A stretch of 64,000 nucleotides of DNA from sequence record SRR22947727_2831. One strand, given 5' to 3'. Below are positions 28,338 through 39,297 of the stretch, piece by piece. Within the stretch, counting starts at the first letter, position 1; each line of letters starts with the position of its first letter. Made by a program: the position numbers and the translations under genes. The notes beneath the pieces are model-generated. The model did no database searches. It was not told the DNA's origin and was given only the letters and a program-made list of their open reading frames with translations.

Positions 28338-29609
28338 CTAGATGTCGTAAGTGATGGGCTCGACGCCCCCGGAGGGTGATGCGCTTACCGTTGCTCGCGT
28401 GAGAGTGATGCGGACCACCACGCCCGCCACTAATGCAAGCGCCACAAACGACAACCCGTTGTAACCCAAGAAGGCGAGCACCACACCGGCAAGAGCTCCA
28501 CCAGCAGCTCCCGAGCCACTCATCACCAGGTCGGAGATTCCTTGCCTGGCTGCTCGCTTCTCGATGATGGTGGATTCGGAGAGCAGGGTGGATCCTGCAA
28601 CAGTGGCGGCACTCCAGCCCAGCCCCAAGAGCACCAACCCGATGACAACTGCCATCTCGTTCTCTGAGCCAAATCCAGTGAACAGCAGGCTGGCCAGGAG
28701 AATGACCTGCCCCACCAGAATCGTCGGAATACGACCAATGCGGTCAGAGAGCATTCCAAAGACCGGAGCCAGCGCGTACATGCCAGCGATGTGAAGGGAG
28801 ATGGTGAATCCCACAATGGCCAGTGATGCCCCGTGATTCACCAGATGGACGGGGGTCATCGCCATCACCGCGACCATGGTCGCGTGGCTCAAAGCGATAG
28901 AGATGATGGCAGTTCGTGCCACCACCACGTTGTCAACACTGGGGCCGAGCGACTTAGCGCCCGCGCTGTTGGGGTCGCGCGCTAGCTCCCTCGCGAGAAG
29001 CAGAGGATCAGGTCGAAGTCCCACAAAGTAGACAACAGCCGCGAGGGTCTGCGCCGCCAGGGTGAACACGAAAGGCCCCGCAAGCTCGGGAAGACCCAGA
29101 AAAGATCCAACAGCCTCACCAGGGGTGATCAGGTTGGGCCCGGACACAGCGCCCACTGTGGTCGCCCACACCACCAGGGAAAGATCTCGAGAGCGGGTTC
29201 TGTCGTTGGCGATATCAGTGGCAGCAAACCGGGATTGGAGGTTGACAGCCGTCCCCACACCAATGAGGGCAAGGCCGACCAGCAACAGCGGGAAAAAGGC
29301 CACCATCGTGGACACGATGGTGACGATTGCCCCTGAAGCTGCCAGGAGCGCGCCGGTGAAGAGTGAAATCCTGCGCCCTGAACGGCTGGCGAGACGAGCC
29401 AGAGGAACTGCGGCAAGAGCAGCGCCCAGGGTAGACATGGTTGCTGCCATTCCCGACCAGGCTTCAGAGCCCGAGAGCCTGCTGGCAAGAATTGCCCCCA
29501 TGGAGAGCGTTGCCCCCATGCCCAGGCCCGCCATCACCTGGCCAAGAATCAGAATTCGTCGGACTCGGCGCTGCAGTACTTCCAGGTCGTGCTCAGTGGT
29601 CGCGGTCAT
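28338..29609 (-). CDS. MFS transporter
   Basis: About 12 hydrophobic helices and motif A (GMLSDRIGR). Confidence 0.9.
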   Translation of the reverse strand: MTATTEHDLEVLQRRVRRILILGQVMAGLGMGATLSMGAILASRLSGSEAWSGMAATMSTLGAALAAVPLARLASRSGRRISLFTGALLAASGAIVTIVSTMVAFFPLLLVGLALIGVGTAVNLQSRFAATDIANDRTRSRDLSLVVWATTVGAVSGPNLITPGEAVGSFLGLPELAGPFVFTLAAQTLAAVVYFVGLRPDPLLLARELARDPNSAGAKSLGPSVDNVVVARTAIISIALSHATMVAVMAMTPVHLVNHGASLAIVGFTISLHIAGMYALAPVFGMLSDRIGRIPTILVGQVILLASLLFTGFGSENEMAVVIGLVLLGLGWSAATVAGSTLLSESTIIEKRAARQGISDLVMSGSGAAGGALAGVVLAFLGYNGLSFVALALVAGVVVRITLTRATVSASPSGGVEPITYDI

Positions 29610-30375
29610 CACGATTCTTTGCGGGGTTGGAGAGTGTGCCTAAACCTTCAATGGTGATGTCGATGGTTTGACCATCGACAAAGCCACCCGTTCCTGAGGG
29701 TGTTCCGGTGCAAATCACGTCACCGGGCAATAGCGTCCACACATCAGAGGCAAACTCGATGATTTCGGGAATCCCATAGATGAGGTCTTTGGTGCTGCCT
29801 TTGCGCCGAAGCTCTCCATCGACGAAGGTTTCGATCATCAAGTTTGAAGGGTCAATCTCGGTGTCAATGAAGGGTCCCAGTGGACAAAACGTGTCATAGC
29901 CCTTGGCTCTCGCCCACTGACCATCAGCAAACATGACGTCCCGAGCTGAGACGTCATTGGCAATCGTGAACCCAAAGACAACGTCACGCCAGTCTTCTGC
30001 CTTGACTCTCTTCGCCACTGCGCCGATGACAATGGCAAGCTCACCCTCGTGGACGATGCGACCCTCGACCGGCGGAATGATGATGGGGTCTCCTGGTCCA
30101 ATGACCGCGGTGTTGGGCTTCAAGAAAATCAGCGGATTATCGGGTCCCTCATGGGCCATGTCCACTTTGTGCTCGGCGTAATTCATCCCCACACACACCA
30201 CTTTGGAGCGTGGGATGACGGGGGCCAGCAGGTGAGCTTTGGCGAGGGGGACTCGCTGTTCGGTCGGATTGATGCCGTGAAACAGCGGATCGCCCGAGAG
30301 GACTACAAGGTCTTCTCCATCGACAACACCGAAGAGCGGTTCCCCACCCTCCAGGCTAAATCTGGCGACCTTCAT
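29593..30375 (-). CDS. Fumarylacetoacetate hydrolase family protein
   Basis: CVGMNYAEH, HEGEL, NDVSARD, AKGYDTFCPLGP and TGTPSG motifs. Confidence 0.93.
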   Translation of the reverse strand: MKVARFSLEGGEPLFGVVDGEDLVVLSGDPLFHGINPTEQRVPLAKAHLLAPVIPRSKVVCVGMNYAEHKVDMAHEGPDNPLIFLKPNTAVIGPGDPIIIPPVEGRIVHEGELAIVIGAVAKRVKAEDWRDVVFGFTIANDVSARDVMFADGQWARAKGYDTFCPLGPFIDTEIDPSNLMIETFVDGELRRKGSTKDLIYGIPEIIEFASDVWTLLPGDVICTGTPSGTGGFVDGQTIDITIEGLGTLSNPAKNRDDRDH

Positions 30376-30389
30376 ATGCCCCAGCGTAC

Positions 30390-32297
30390 CTAGTCGTTTT
30401 GACGCTTGAGGCGTGAGGCGGAGCGTGCACGCAGGGTCTGGTCGAGCTCAACCTTGCGGATGCGCACCACCTCCGGCGTAATCTCCACGCACTCATCCTC
30501 GCGAGCAAACTCCAAGCACTCCTCGAGGGAAAGCTGACGCGGTGGGGTGAGACGCTCGAGTTCTTCCGCAGTGGAGGAGCGAATGTTATTGAGCTTCTTT
30601 TCCTTGGTGATGTTCACATCCATGTCATCAGCACGAGAGTTCTCACCCACCACCATGCCCTCGTAGACAGCGTCCGTGGGCTTCACAAAGAAGCTCATGC
30701 GCTCCTGCAACGCCATCATGGCGTTGGAGGTCACAACCCCTTGACGGTCCGCGACAATCGAGCCCGAGTTCCTGGTCACAATCGCACCAGCCCAGGGACC
30801 AAATCCGGCAGCGATCGCGTTCGCGATTCCCTGGCCGCGAGTCATGGTGAGGAATTCGGTACGGAAACCAATGAGGCCTCTCGAGGGAACCGTGAACTCC
30901 ATGCGAACCCAGCCGGTTCCGTGGTTGGACATGTTGTCCATGCGACCTTTACGTGATGCGAGCAACTGGGTGATGGCGCCCACAAACTCTTCGGGTGCAT
31001 CAATGGTGAGAGCTTCGAAAGGTTCGTGAACAGCGCCATCGACCTTCTTGGTGACCACCTGAGGTTTACCCACCGTCAGCTCAAAGCCTTCGCGACGCAT
31101 GTTCTCGACCAAGATCGCGAGTGCAAGTTCCCCACGACCCTGAACTTCCCAGGCGTCAGGGCGTCCCACGTCGACAACCTTGATGGACACGTTTCCGATC
31201 AACTCACGATCCAGGCGGTCCTTCACCATGCGGGCGGTGAGCTTGTGGCCCTTCACAATGCCAGCCAGCGGTGAGGTATTAGTCCCAATAGTCATCGAGA
31301 TGGCGGGCTCATCGACGGTGATGGCAGGCAGGGGCCTGACATCGTCGGCGTCGGCGATGGTTTCACCAATAGTGATGTCTTCAATTCCCGCGACCGCGAC
31401 AATGTCGCCAGCCATGGCACTCTCGGCGGGGTAGCGCTCCAGGGCTCGGGTCTTCAACAATTCGGTGATGCGCACATTCTGGATGGATCCGTCGTGCTTG
31501 ACCCAGGCCACGTTCTGACCTTTGGCGATGGTGCCCTGGAAGATACGCAGGAGGGCAATACGACCGAGGAACGGAGAGGCATCCAGGTTGGTCACGTGAG
31601 CCTGGAGGGGGTGCTCGTCGTCATAGCTGGGGGCTGGAATGTGGGTCATGATGGCGCCAAAGAGTGGCTCCAGGTCGCCATTGTCCGGCAGTGAACCATC
31701 CGCTGGACGGTTCGTGGAAGCCGCACCCTCACGACCTGAGGCATAAATGATCGGCAGCTCGAGCAGGGAGTCGACGTCCACATCGGGGACCTCGTCGGCC
31801 AAGTCAGAGGCAAGGCCGAGAAGGAGGTCTTGAGTTTCGTGAACCACGGCGTCAATTCGAGAGTCAGGGCGGTCAGTCTTGTTGACGACCAAAATCACCG
31901 GCAACTTAGCGGCAAGCGCCTTCCGCAACACAAAGCGGGTCTGCGGCAGAGGGCCCTCAGAAGCGTCAACAAGGAGCACGACACCATCGACCATGCTGAG
32001 TCCACGTTCGACCTCACCACCGAAGTCGGCGTGGCCAGGGGTGTCGATCACGTTGATGGTGATTTCTTTTCCGCCGGAGTGCGGACCCGCGTAGGTGACC
32101 GCGGTGTTCTTGGCAAGAATCGTGATGCCTTTTTCTTTTTCCAGATCACCGGAGTCCATGGCGCGGTCGGCGACGGCAGCGTGGGCCGAGAAAGCACCCG
32201 TTTGGGTGAGCATGGCATCAACCAGGGTGGTCTTACCGTGGTCTACGTGAGCGACGATGGCGACGTTTCGCACGTCATCGCGAGTGGCATGAGCCAT
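30390..32297 (-). CDS. typA: Translational GTPase TypA/BipA
   Basis: AHVDHGKTT, GITILAKN, DTPGHADFGGEVER and GRGELALAILVENMRREG motifs. Confidence 0.97.
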   Translation of the reverse strand: MAHATRDDVRNVAIVAHVDHGKTTLVDAMLTQTGAFSAHAAVADRAMDSGDLEKEKGITILAKNTAVTYAGPHSGGKEITINVIDTPGHADFGGEVERGLSMVDGVVLLVDASEGPLPQTRFVLRKALAAKLPVILVVNKTDRPDSRIDAVVHETQDLLLGLASDLADEVPDVDVDSLLELPIIYASGREGAASTNRPADGSLPDNGDLEPLFGAIMTHIPAPSYDDEHPLQAHVTNLDASPFLGRIALLRIFQGTIAKGQNVAWVKHDGSIQNVRITELLKTRALERYPAESAMAGDIVAVAGIEDITIGETIADADDVRPLPAITVDEPAISMTIGTNTSPLAGIVKGHKLTARMVKDRLDRELIGNVSIKVVDVGRPDAWEVQGRGELALAILVENMRREGFELTVGKPQVVTKKVDGAVHEPFEALTIDAPEEFVGAITQLLASRKGRMDNMSNHGTGWVRMEFTVPSRGLIGFRTEFLTMTRGQGIANAIAAGFGPWAGAIVTRNSGSIVADRQGVVTSNAMMALQERMSFFVKPTDAVYEGMVVGENSRADDMDVNITKEKKLNNIRSSTAEELERLTPPRQLSLEECLEFAREDECVEITPEVVRIRKVELDQTLRARSASRLKRQND

Positions 32298-32395
32298 GAG
32301 AGTGTCCTTAGGGGCTTGGTGGTGCAGAAACTATCAACCAAAGCCCTGCTCCCCTATCTTACCGGGCTCTAAGGCTGGGGCTTTAGCATGGGGTC

Positions 32396-32791
32396 ATGCC
32401 TCGCCACAGCGCCATCGATTCGCACGTCCTCATCTATGACGGCGACTGTGCTTTTTGCACGCTCTGGGTGAACCGCCTCCGTGACTGGTTGCCCGTGTTC
32501 CCCGACGCAAGAACATCACAGAGCATCACTCTCGACTCTTTTGCCCTCACAAAGGACGATGTGGAGAAGTACGCCTGGTACATCACCCCCTCGCACCAGT
32601 ACGCCGGTCACCTCGCGACCAGCGCACTGCTTAGGGCTCAACCGCGCTTTGCGCTACGACTCCTCGGTCGACTGCTGGCGACGTGGCCGATTTCCTGGAT
32701 TGCCGCGGGTGTTTATGCGTTTATTGCTCGGTTCCGACACAAACTTCCGGGCGGAACACCCGCCTGTGACCCGGCAACACCTCTTCGCTAA
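32396..32791 (+). CDS. DCC1-like thiol-disulfide oxidoreductase (DUF393)
   Basis: YDGDCAFC (DxxCxxC) motif and C-terminal LPGGTPAC. Confidence 0.88.
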   Translation: MPRHSAIDSHVLIYDGDCAFCTLWVNRLRDWLPVFPDARTSQSITLDSFALTKDDVEKYAWYITPSHQYAGHLATSALLRAQPRFALRLLGRLLATWPISWIAAGVYAFIARFRHKLPGGTPACDPATPLR

Positions 32792-32793
32792 CT

Positions 32794-33552
32794 ATGTCCA
32801 GAGCGAGGCTCGTCACCGAGGTCTTTATTGTCTTGGGCCTCAGCATTGGGATGAGCGCGCTCTACTCGATTGTGAACATTGCGGTCAGGCTGTCGCGCGA
32901 ACAGGGACTTTCCACCCAAACAGCAACACTTAATCGGTCCGCCAGTGATCTGGAGTGGGCTGATTTTCTTTACCAAACGCTCGGAATTGTCTCGAGTTTG
33001 GTGCCCGTTGCCCTGGTGGTGTTCCTGCTCTGGAATACCCAGAAACCGCACCTGGGGGCGTTGGGCCTGGATGGCAGGAAGCTCGGGCGCGATAGCGCAG
33101 CGGGAGCAGGTCTCGCTGCCGTGATTGGCATCCCAGGCCTCGGTCTTTATCTTCTGGGTCGCGAGCTCGATATCACCGTGACCGTGGTTCCCACCGCGCT
33201 CACCACCTACTGGTGGACGATTCCGATGCTGATTGCCTTGGCGCTCCGTGCGGGACTTCTCGAAGAGGTCATCGCGGTGGGGTATCTCTTCGCGAGGCTT
33301 CGAGAGCTCGGCGTCTCAACCTGGGGGATCATCCTGATTCAGTCTGTCCTCCGCGCGAGCTATCACCTGTATCAAGGGTTCGGCGCTTTCGCAGGAAACT
33401 TTGTGATGGGACTCATCTTCGGCTGGATCTATGCAAGAACGGGGCGTCTCGCCCCGTTAATCATCGGTCACACCGTGATCGATATCGTCGCTTTCGTCGG
33501 ATATCCCCTAGCTGTGAGCTTTATGCCAGAAATTCTCGGGATTGTGCTCTAG
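32794..33552 (+). CDS. CPBP/CAAX-type intramembrane glutamic endopeptidase
   Basis: LLEEV, RASYHLYQG and GHTVID motifs; multiple TM segments. Confidence 0.9.
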   Translation: MSRARLVTEVFIVLGLSIGMSALYSIVNIAVRLSREQGLSTQTATLNRSASDLEWADFLYQTLGIVSSLVPVALVVFLLWNTQKPHLGALGLDGRKLGRDSAAGAGLAAVIGIPGLGLYLLGRELDITVTVVPTALTTYWWTIPMLIALALRAGLLEEVIAVGYLFARLRELGVSTWGIILIQSVLRASYHLYQGFGAFAGNFVMGLIFGWIYARTGRLAPLIIGHTVIDIVAFVGYPLAVSFMPEILGIVL

Positions 33553-33563
33553 CGTGGCCTTTC

Positions 33564-34037
33564 GTGACAACTCCCGATATTGGCCAGCTCGCACCTGATT
33601 TCACCCTCCCTGGAATCACCATGGTGGAGGGCGAGCCGGTGAAGTCGCACTTCACGCTCTCGGGCCGACGCGGTCGCCCCGTTGTTCTCGCCTTCTACCC
33701 GGCGGATAACTCCCCTGGGTGCACGGCGCAGCTGTGTAGCTACCAGGACGAAATGGACGTGTTTCGGAACCTAGGGGCCGACATCTGGGGCATCTCTCGA
33801 CAGGCCACCGGCACTCACGAAAAGTTTGCTCTAAGCAAGCACCTCGGTTTTCCCCTTCTAGCTGATGAAAAGGGTGATGTGGTCAGCGCCTACGGCGTGG
33901 GTCTTCTGGGACTGGGCGTTCGCCGCAGTATTTTCATCATCGACGCTGAAGGGCGCATCGCCTGGAAGCACGTTGCCCTCGTGGGCGTCACGTACCAGAG
34001 TGCGGACACTCTGAAGCGTGAACTTCTGAAGCTTTAG
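33564..34037 (+). CDS. Peroxiredoxin (Bcp/PrxQ type)
   Basis: [28 protein letters not shown] and RSIFIID motifs. Start trimmed to GTG 33564. Confidence 0.9.
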   Translation: MTTPDIGQLAPDFTLPGITMVEGEPVKSHFTLSGRRGRPVVLAFYPADNSPGCTAQLCSYQDEMDVFRNLGADIWGISRQATGTHEKFALSKHLGFPLLADEKGDVVSAYGVGLLGLGVRRSIFIIDAEGRIAWKHVALVGVTYQSADTLKRELLKL

Positions 34038-36967
34038 GCAAACGCCTCGATCGGCGGGCACGCACACACCAGGTTGCGATCCCCGAAGGCTTGGTCGATG
34101 CGTCGTACCGGTGGCCAATACTTGCTGGCGACCCCGGGGAATGCCGAGAGGGCAACCCCTGCATCGTGGGCACTCGAGTGCTGGGCGGGGTACGCGCCCA
34201 TCTCTCGGGAGTAGGGGTGTGACCAGTCGGTGCCGGCCACGTGTGCCGCAGTGTGAGGAGCATTCACGAGCGGGTTATCCTCCGCAGGCCACACACCGGC
34301 AGCAACCTGGTCAGCTTCCTTTCGAATACTGATCATCGCGTCGATGAACCGATCAATTTCCCCGAGGTCTTCACTCTCGGTGGGCTCGATCATGAGAGTT
34401 CCTGCCACCGGGAAGGACATTGTGGGAGCGTGGAAACCATAGTCAACGAGGCGCTTGGCGACATCATCCACCGTGACACCGGTCGCTTGTGTGAGGGGTC
34501 GAATATCGAGCACTGCCTCGTGGGCGACCAGGCCGTTTTCTCCTGTATAGAGGACGGGGTAGTAGTCCCGGAGCCTGGCGGCCACGTAGTTGGCGGCCAG
34601 TACGGCCGAGGCAGTCGCTCTTGCCAGACCATCAGGACCCATCATGCGGATGTAGGCCCAGGGAATCGGCAAGATGCTGGGGCTTCCATAAGGAGCTGCT
34701 GAGACGGGCACACCACCGTGAACAACAGACCCTGGCTCTCCAGTCTCCTGATCAAAGGGTGGGTGCTGGGTCATCTGCGCGAGGGGGTGACCGGGAAGGA
34801 AGGGCGCCAGGTGGGCTTTCGCCCCGACTGGTCCCACTCCTGGACCGCCACCACCGTGAGGGATACAGAAGGTCTTGTGCAAATTGAGGTGTGAGACATC
34901 TCCCCCAATGTCGCCATAGCGGGCGAAGCCCACGAGAGCGTTCAAGTTAGCGCCATCGATGTACACCTGGCCTCCCGCCTGGTGAACAGCGTCGGTCACG
35001 TCCTTGATTCCGTGCTCATACACACCGTGAGTGGAGGGGTAGGTGACCATCAGGGCGGCGAGGTTATCGCCGTGCTCGGCGATCTTGGCCATCACATCGT
35101 CGATGTCGACATCGCCGTTGTCCTTACAGGCCACAACAACCACCTGCATGCCCGCCAGCACCGCGCTCGCAGCATTCGTGCCGTGAGCGCTGGAGGGGAT
35201 CAAACAGATAGTGCGGTGAGAATCACCACGGGAGAGGTGATAGCCCCTGATCGCGAGCAGTCCGGCGTATTCACCTTGGCTGCCGGCGTTGGGCTGCAGA
35301 GAAATCGAGTCATACCCGGTCAGCTCGGACAGCCAGGTTTCCAGGTGGGACATCATGATCAGATACCCCTGGGTGTCCTCGGTGGGAGCAAAGGGGTGGA
35401 GGGAGTTGAACTCTGGCCAACTGACGGCTTCCATCTCGGTGGCGGCGTTCAGTTTCATGGTGCAACTGCCCAGCGGAATCATGCCGCGATCCAGGGCGTA
35501 GTCCTTATCCGCGAGGCGCTTGATGTAGCGCATCATCGAGGTTTCGGAGCGGTGCGTGTGGAACACCGGGTGGGAGAGGAATTCGCTCGTGCGTACCTGT
35601 CCCGCAGGCAGGGCAGCCTCTGCGGTCGCTCCGGTGTAGTCGGGGAGTTCACACAGTGTTGCCAGGGTTTGCTCGAGTGAGCCACTGAGAATCCCCGTGT
35701 GGTCTCCCACGCTGGTCTCATCGAGTGACAAGGACACGGTGTCGTCATCCACCACCGTGATCAGGACACCCAGCTCCTGGGCTTTCGCCGCCAGTGCACG
35801 CGCACGCCCGGGGGTGCGAATAGACAGGGTGTCAAAAAAGTTCTCGTGCAGAACCTCGTGGCCCGCAGCAACCAATGCGGTCTTCAGGCCTGCCGTCTTC
35901 TCGGCCACATCACGAGCAATACTCTTCAGGCCTTCGGGCCCGTGATAGACGGCAAACATGCCGGCCATCACGGCGAGGAGGACCTGGGCGGTGCAGATGT
36001 TGCTGGTCGCCTTGTCGCGGCGAATGTGCTGCTCTCTGGTCTGCAGGGTCAAGCGATACGCGGCATTGCCTTCGGAGTCTTTGGATACCCCAATCAAACG
36101 ACCAGGCAACTGGCGCTCGAGCCCAGCCTTCACCGCCAGGTAGCCAGCGTGGGGGCCGCCGAAGCCGAGTGGGATTCCAAAGCGCTGGGTAGTTCCCGCG
36201 GCAATGTCCGCACCCATTTCACCGGGTGAGCGCAGGAGGGTCATCGCCAGGAGGTCCGCTGCCACAATTGCCAGGCCGCCCTGAGCCTTGGTCGCCTCGA
36301 TGACGGAGCTTGGGTCCCAAATACGACCGGATGCCCCCGGGTATTGGAGGAAAGCTCCGAAGTGCTCAGGGAGGTCACCCTGGAAGTCCGTCTCCACAAT
36401 CTCGATGCCCAGAGGCTCTGCGCGCCCGGCCAACACGGCTTTGGTCTGGACAAAAGCATCAGCGTCCATGAGGAACACGTTCGAGGCTTGGCCAGACGCG
36501 CGCCTGGCCAACAGCATTGCTTCCGCGACGGCGGTGCCCTCGTCCAGCATCGAGGCGTTCGCGGTGGCAAGGCCGGTCAGATCCGCGACCATGGTCTGGA
36601 AGTTCAGCAGCGCCTCCAGGCGCCCCTGGGAAATCTCTGGCTGGTAGGGGGTGTAGGCGGTGTACCAACTGGGGTTCTCCAGAATGTTCCGCTTGATGAC
36701 CGAGGGTGTGTAGGTGCCGTAGTAGCCCTGCCCCATCAAGGAAGTCCGCACCGTGTTGGCATCGGCCAGTGCCCGCAACTCCGCAAGAGTTTCTGCTTCA
36801 GAGGCAGCGGCGGGAATAACCGAGCGTGCAATTTCTGCCATCCGCAGGTGCCCGGGCACCGCAGCGTTCATCAGGTCATCCAGGGTGGAATACCCGATGC
36901 GGTTCAGCATCAGGGCCTGTTGATCGGAATCCGTCCCAATGTGACGAGCAGAAAAAGCAGTGGCCAT
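34034..36967 (-). CDS. gcvP: Glycine dehydrogenase (glycine cleavage P protein)
   Basis: [40 protein letters not shown] and HLNLHKTF motifs. Confidence 0.98.
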   Translation of the reverse strand: MATAFSARHIGTDSDQQALMLNRIGYSTLDDLMNAAVPGHLRMAEIARSVIPAAASEAETLAELRALADANTVRTSLMGQGYYGTYTPSVIKRNILENPSWYTAYTPYQPEISQGRLEALLNFQTMVADLTGLATANASMLDEGTAVAEAMLLARRASGQASNVFLMDADAFVQTKAVLAGRAEPLGIEIVETDFQGDLPEHFGAFLQYPGASGRIWDPSSVIEATKAQGGLAIVAADLLAMTLLRSPGEMGADIAAGTTQRFGIPLGFGGPHAGYLAVKAGLERQLPGRLIGVSKDSEGNAAYRLTLQTREQHIRRDKATSNICTAQVLLAVMAGMFAVYHGPEGLKSIARDVAEKTAGLKTALVAAGHEVLHENFFDTLSIRTPGRARALAAKAQELGVLITVVDDDTVSLSLDETSVGDHTGILSGSLEQTLATLCELPDYTGATAEAALPAGQVRTSEFLSHPVFHTHRSETSMMRYIKRLADKDYALDRGMIPLGSCTMKLNAATEMEAVSWPEFNSLHPFAPTEDTQGYLIMMSHLETWLSELTGYDSISLQPNAGSQGEYAGLLAIRGYHLSRGDSHRTICLIPSSAHGTNAASAVLAGMQVVVVACKDNGDVDIDDVMAKIAEHGDNLAALMVTYPSTHGVYEHGIKDVTDAVHQAGGQVYIDGANLNALVGFARYGDIGGDVSHLNLHKTFCIPHGGGGPGVGPVGAKAHLAPFLPGHPLAQMTQHPPFDQETGEPGSVVHGGVPVSAAPYGSPSILPIPWAYIRMMGPDGLARATASAVLAANYVAARLRDYYPVLYTGENGLVAHEAVLDIRPLTQATGVTVDDVAKRLVDYGFHAPTMSFPVAGTLMIEPTESEDLGEIDRFIDAMISIRKEADQVAAGVWPAEDNPLVNAPHTAAHVAGTDWSHPYSREMGAYPAQHSSAHDAGVALSAFPGVASKYWPPVRRIDQAFGDRNLVCACPPIEAFA

Positions 36968-36971
36968 CGAC

Positions 36972-37346
36972 TTACTCTCCAATCAGTGCGGTGTAGGCAG
37001 TGGCGTCCAACAACTCGGGAAGCTCAGCGAAACGAACCTTGATCAACCAGCCACCGCCGTAGGGGTCTGAGTTGACGGTGTCAGGAGCGTCGACCACGGC
37101 GTTGTTGGCCTCGACCACTTCACCGGCGACAGGGGCAAAGATCTCGCCGACTGACTTGGTGGATTCCACCTCGCCGACGATGGCGCCCTTCTGGACGCTG
37201 TCACCGACGTTTGGCAGTGCCACAAAGACAACGTCACCGAGAGCGTCGGCTGCGTACTGGGTAATACCGATGGTGGCGACATCGCCCTCAACGGACACCC
37301 ATTCATGGTCTGAGGTGTAGTGCAGGGAATCAGGAACGGTACTCAC
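36972..37346 (-). CDS. gcvH: Glycine cleavage H protein
   Basis: HEW, VESTKS (lipoyl lysine) and NSDPYGGGW motifs. Confidence 0.97.
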   Translation of the reverse strand: MSTVPDSLHYTSDHEWVSVEGDVATIGITQYAADALGDVVFVALPNVGDSVQKGAIVGEVESTKSVGEIFAPVAGEVVEANNAVVDAPDTVNSDPYGGGWLIKVRFAELPELLDATAYTALIGE

Positions 37347-38443
37347 GAGGTGACCTTCTTTCTGGAGTAAAACGGCAATGATGTCACCGTTACTGGGAGG
37401 CTAGCGCCCCTCACATCGACGACAAGTTCGGTTCCCACTTCGCGGTGGGCCGCCTCCACATAGGCCATGGCAATGGGGAAGCCCAGTGTTGGGGAGAGAG
37501 CACCGGAGGTGATCTCTCCGATCACGGTGCCCTCCTGGTCGAGCACGGGATACTCCGCGCGCGGAGCGCGCTTGCCCTCAGCACTCAGCCCTACCAGTAC
37601 TCGGGAGGACTTCACCCCAACAGCGTGGTCCTTGCCCACAAAAGATTCTTTGGCATTCACGACGACACCCGCGAGGCCGGCCTGCGCCGGGGTGACATCC
37701 CGGGAGAGCTCATGACCATAGAGAGGCATTCCTGCCTCAAGGCGGAGCGTGTCCCGGCAGGCCAAACCGCAGAGAGTGAGCTGGTCTCCGCCGGTCTCCA
37801 TCAGTGCCTTCCACAGTGCTTCTGCGTCGGCGGAGTGAATAAAGATTTCCATGCCGTCCTCACCGGTGTAGCCGGTGCGGGCCACCAGGATGGGCTCGGA
37901 GCCAAAAGCACCCCCCACAATGCGGTAGTACCGAAGCTCAGCAAGTGGGCTTTCCAGAGTGATCGGTGACGCCTCCAGAATCCCAGCAGCGAGCGGCCCC
38001 TGTAGGGCAATGAGCGCCCACTCATCACTGGTGTCTGACACCTGGACATCAAAACCCGCAGACCGCGCCTGCATTGCCTCCACCGCGGCGTCACGGTTGG
38101 AGGCATTGGCCACAATCAGATACTTGGCGGAGCCCAGTCGATAGACAATGAGGTCATCGATAACCCCACCGTCCTCGGCCAACAGGAGCGAGTACTTCGC
38201 TTGCCCGTCTACCAAGGCGGAGAGGGAGTTGGAGAGGGCGTAGTCCAAAAACGCCTCAACGCCCGGGCCCTCACACTCAATTTCTGCCATGTGAGAGAGA
38301 TCGAAAAGACCGGCGCCTTGGCGCACAGCGTGGTGCTCGGCTAAGTCTGAGGAGTAGCGGACCGGCATTTGGTAGCCCGCAAAATCGGTAAAGCTTGCGC
38401 CCAGGCGCTCATGCACCGCGTGAAGTGGTGTCTCGCGAGTCAT
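37343..38443 (-). CDS. gcvT: Glycine cleavage aminomethyltransferase T
   Basis: [15 protein letters not shown] and [17 protein letters not shown] motifs. Confidence 0.97.
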   Translation of the reverse strand: MTRETPLHAVHERLGASFTDFAGYQMPVRYSSDLAEHHAVRQGAGLFDLSHMAEIECEGPGVEAFLDYALSNSLSALVDGQAKYSLLLAEDGGVIDDLIVYRLGSAKYLIVANASNRDAAVEAMQARSAGFDVQVSDTSDEWALIALQGPLAAGILEASPITLESPLAELRYYRIVGGAFGSEPILVARTGYTGEDGMEIFIHSADAEALWKALMETGGDQLTLCGLACRDTLRLEAGMPLYGHELSRDVTPAQAGLAGVVVNAKESFVGKDHAVGVKSSRVLVGLSAEGKRAPRAEYPVLDQEGTVIGEITSGALSPTLGFPIAMAYVEAAHREVGTELVVDVRGASLPVTVTSLPFYSRKKVTS

Positions 38444-38484
38444 ACGGGCTCCTGGAGTCAGAGGGACACGTTAGTGTCCCTGAC

Positions 38485-38662
38485 TCCCCCTCTGTCATTG
38501 GCCTGAGAGTTTCGAGCAGTGATGCTCTTTCACCGTCGGCGGGAATGGTGGCATTCCGCTTTCCAGAGTGGCTTCACTATGCGGTACTGATGACCTGAGA
38601 GATTGGCGGGGAGGCTTGCTCCTTCGGTGACACCGCAACATCCGGTGTCTCTCCCGCATAGT
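38485..38662 (-). promoter_or_regulatory. Tandem glycine riboswitch
   Basis: Aptamer 1 (about 38576-38662): GCGGGAGAG...CACCGAAGGAGCAA...AATCTCTCAGG. Aptamer 2 (about 38485-38572): CTCTGGAAAG...CGCCGACGGTGAAA...AACTCTCAGG...GACAGAGG. Lies upstream of gcvTHP. Confidence 0.95.
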
Positions 38663-38747
38663 ACATAGCCCTGTATGCAGTTATAGGGGAACGATAGCAG
38701 TGGCAGATGAGCACTCCCCACGCCACACCTTCAGCGAAGGTTGAAAC

Positions 38748-39260
38748 TTAGGCAAGCTCCACGAGGGCTTCATTACGACGCAGGAACACCGGCGTCATAG
38801 GTGGGTCATAGCGCGCGTAAAACACTTCCCCTGCGGTCTCGCGCCCAGCACTGCGGATACTGGCGAGCAACTTAGCCTCCGCTGTGCGGGCGTGGCGCTC
38901 CTCAAACCCTCCCCGCCACCGAAGTGTGGCAACGGTGGCATCAGGCTTCTCCACCACTCTCACGCTCGCATCAGCAGGAATCGGAGCATCCTCGAGGGTC
39001 ATCCCTTCCGGCAAGACAAAGCTGATGGTATGTGAGGCGTCGGAGTGCGGCAGATGAGTGACTGGAGTCGTCATCGCAATCTGTTGACGCGATTGGTTGG
39101 CACCCGAGATGTAACTGACAAGCGGTCGGAAGCCCGCGTTCCCCGCATTCTGGAAGGGTGCTGCCACGTCTACCGAGATCAGAGTATGAGCGGGATAGTG
39201 CCGAACTTCAACACCTCCGGGGAGCTCCTCCAGAATTGTGTAGGGCTGGGATGCGACCAC
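38748..39260 (-). CDS. SOUL-family heme-binding protein
   Basis: EVRHYP, GFRPLVSYISGAN, IAMTTPV, ISFVLP and YDPP...LRRNE motifs. Start is uncertain (GTG 39260 chosen). Confidence 0.88.
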   Translation of the reverse strand: MVASQPYTILEELPGGVEVRHYPAHTLISVDVAAPFQNAGNAGFRPLVSYISGANQSRQQIAMTTPVTHLPHSDASHTISFVLPEGMTLEDAPIPADASVRVVEKPDATVATLRWRGGFEERHARTAEAKLLASIRSAGRETAGEVFYARYDPPMTPVFLRRNEALVELA

Positions 39261-39297
39261 GAAAAACCACCTTTGTCTCACCGCTAGTGTGGTGGCC

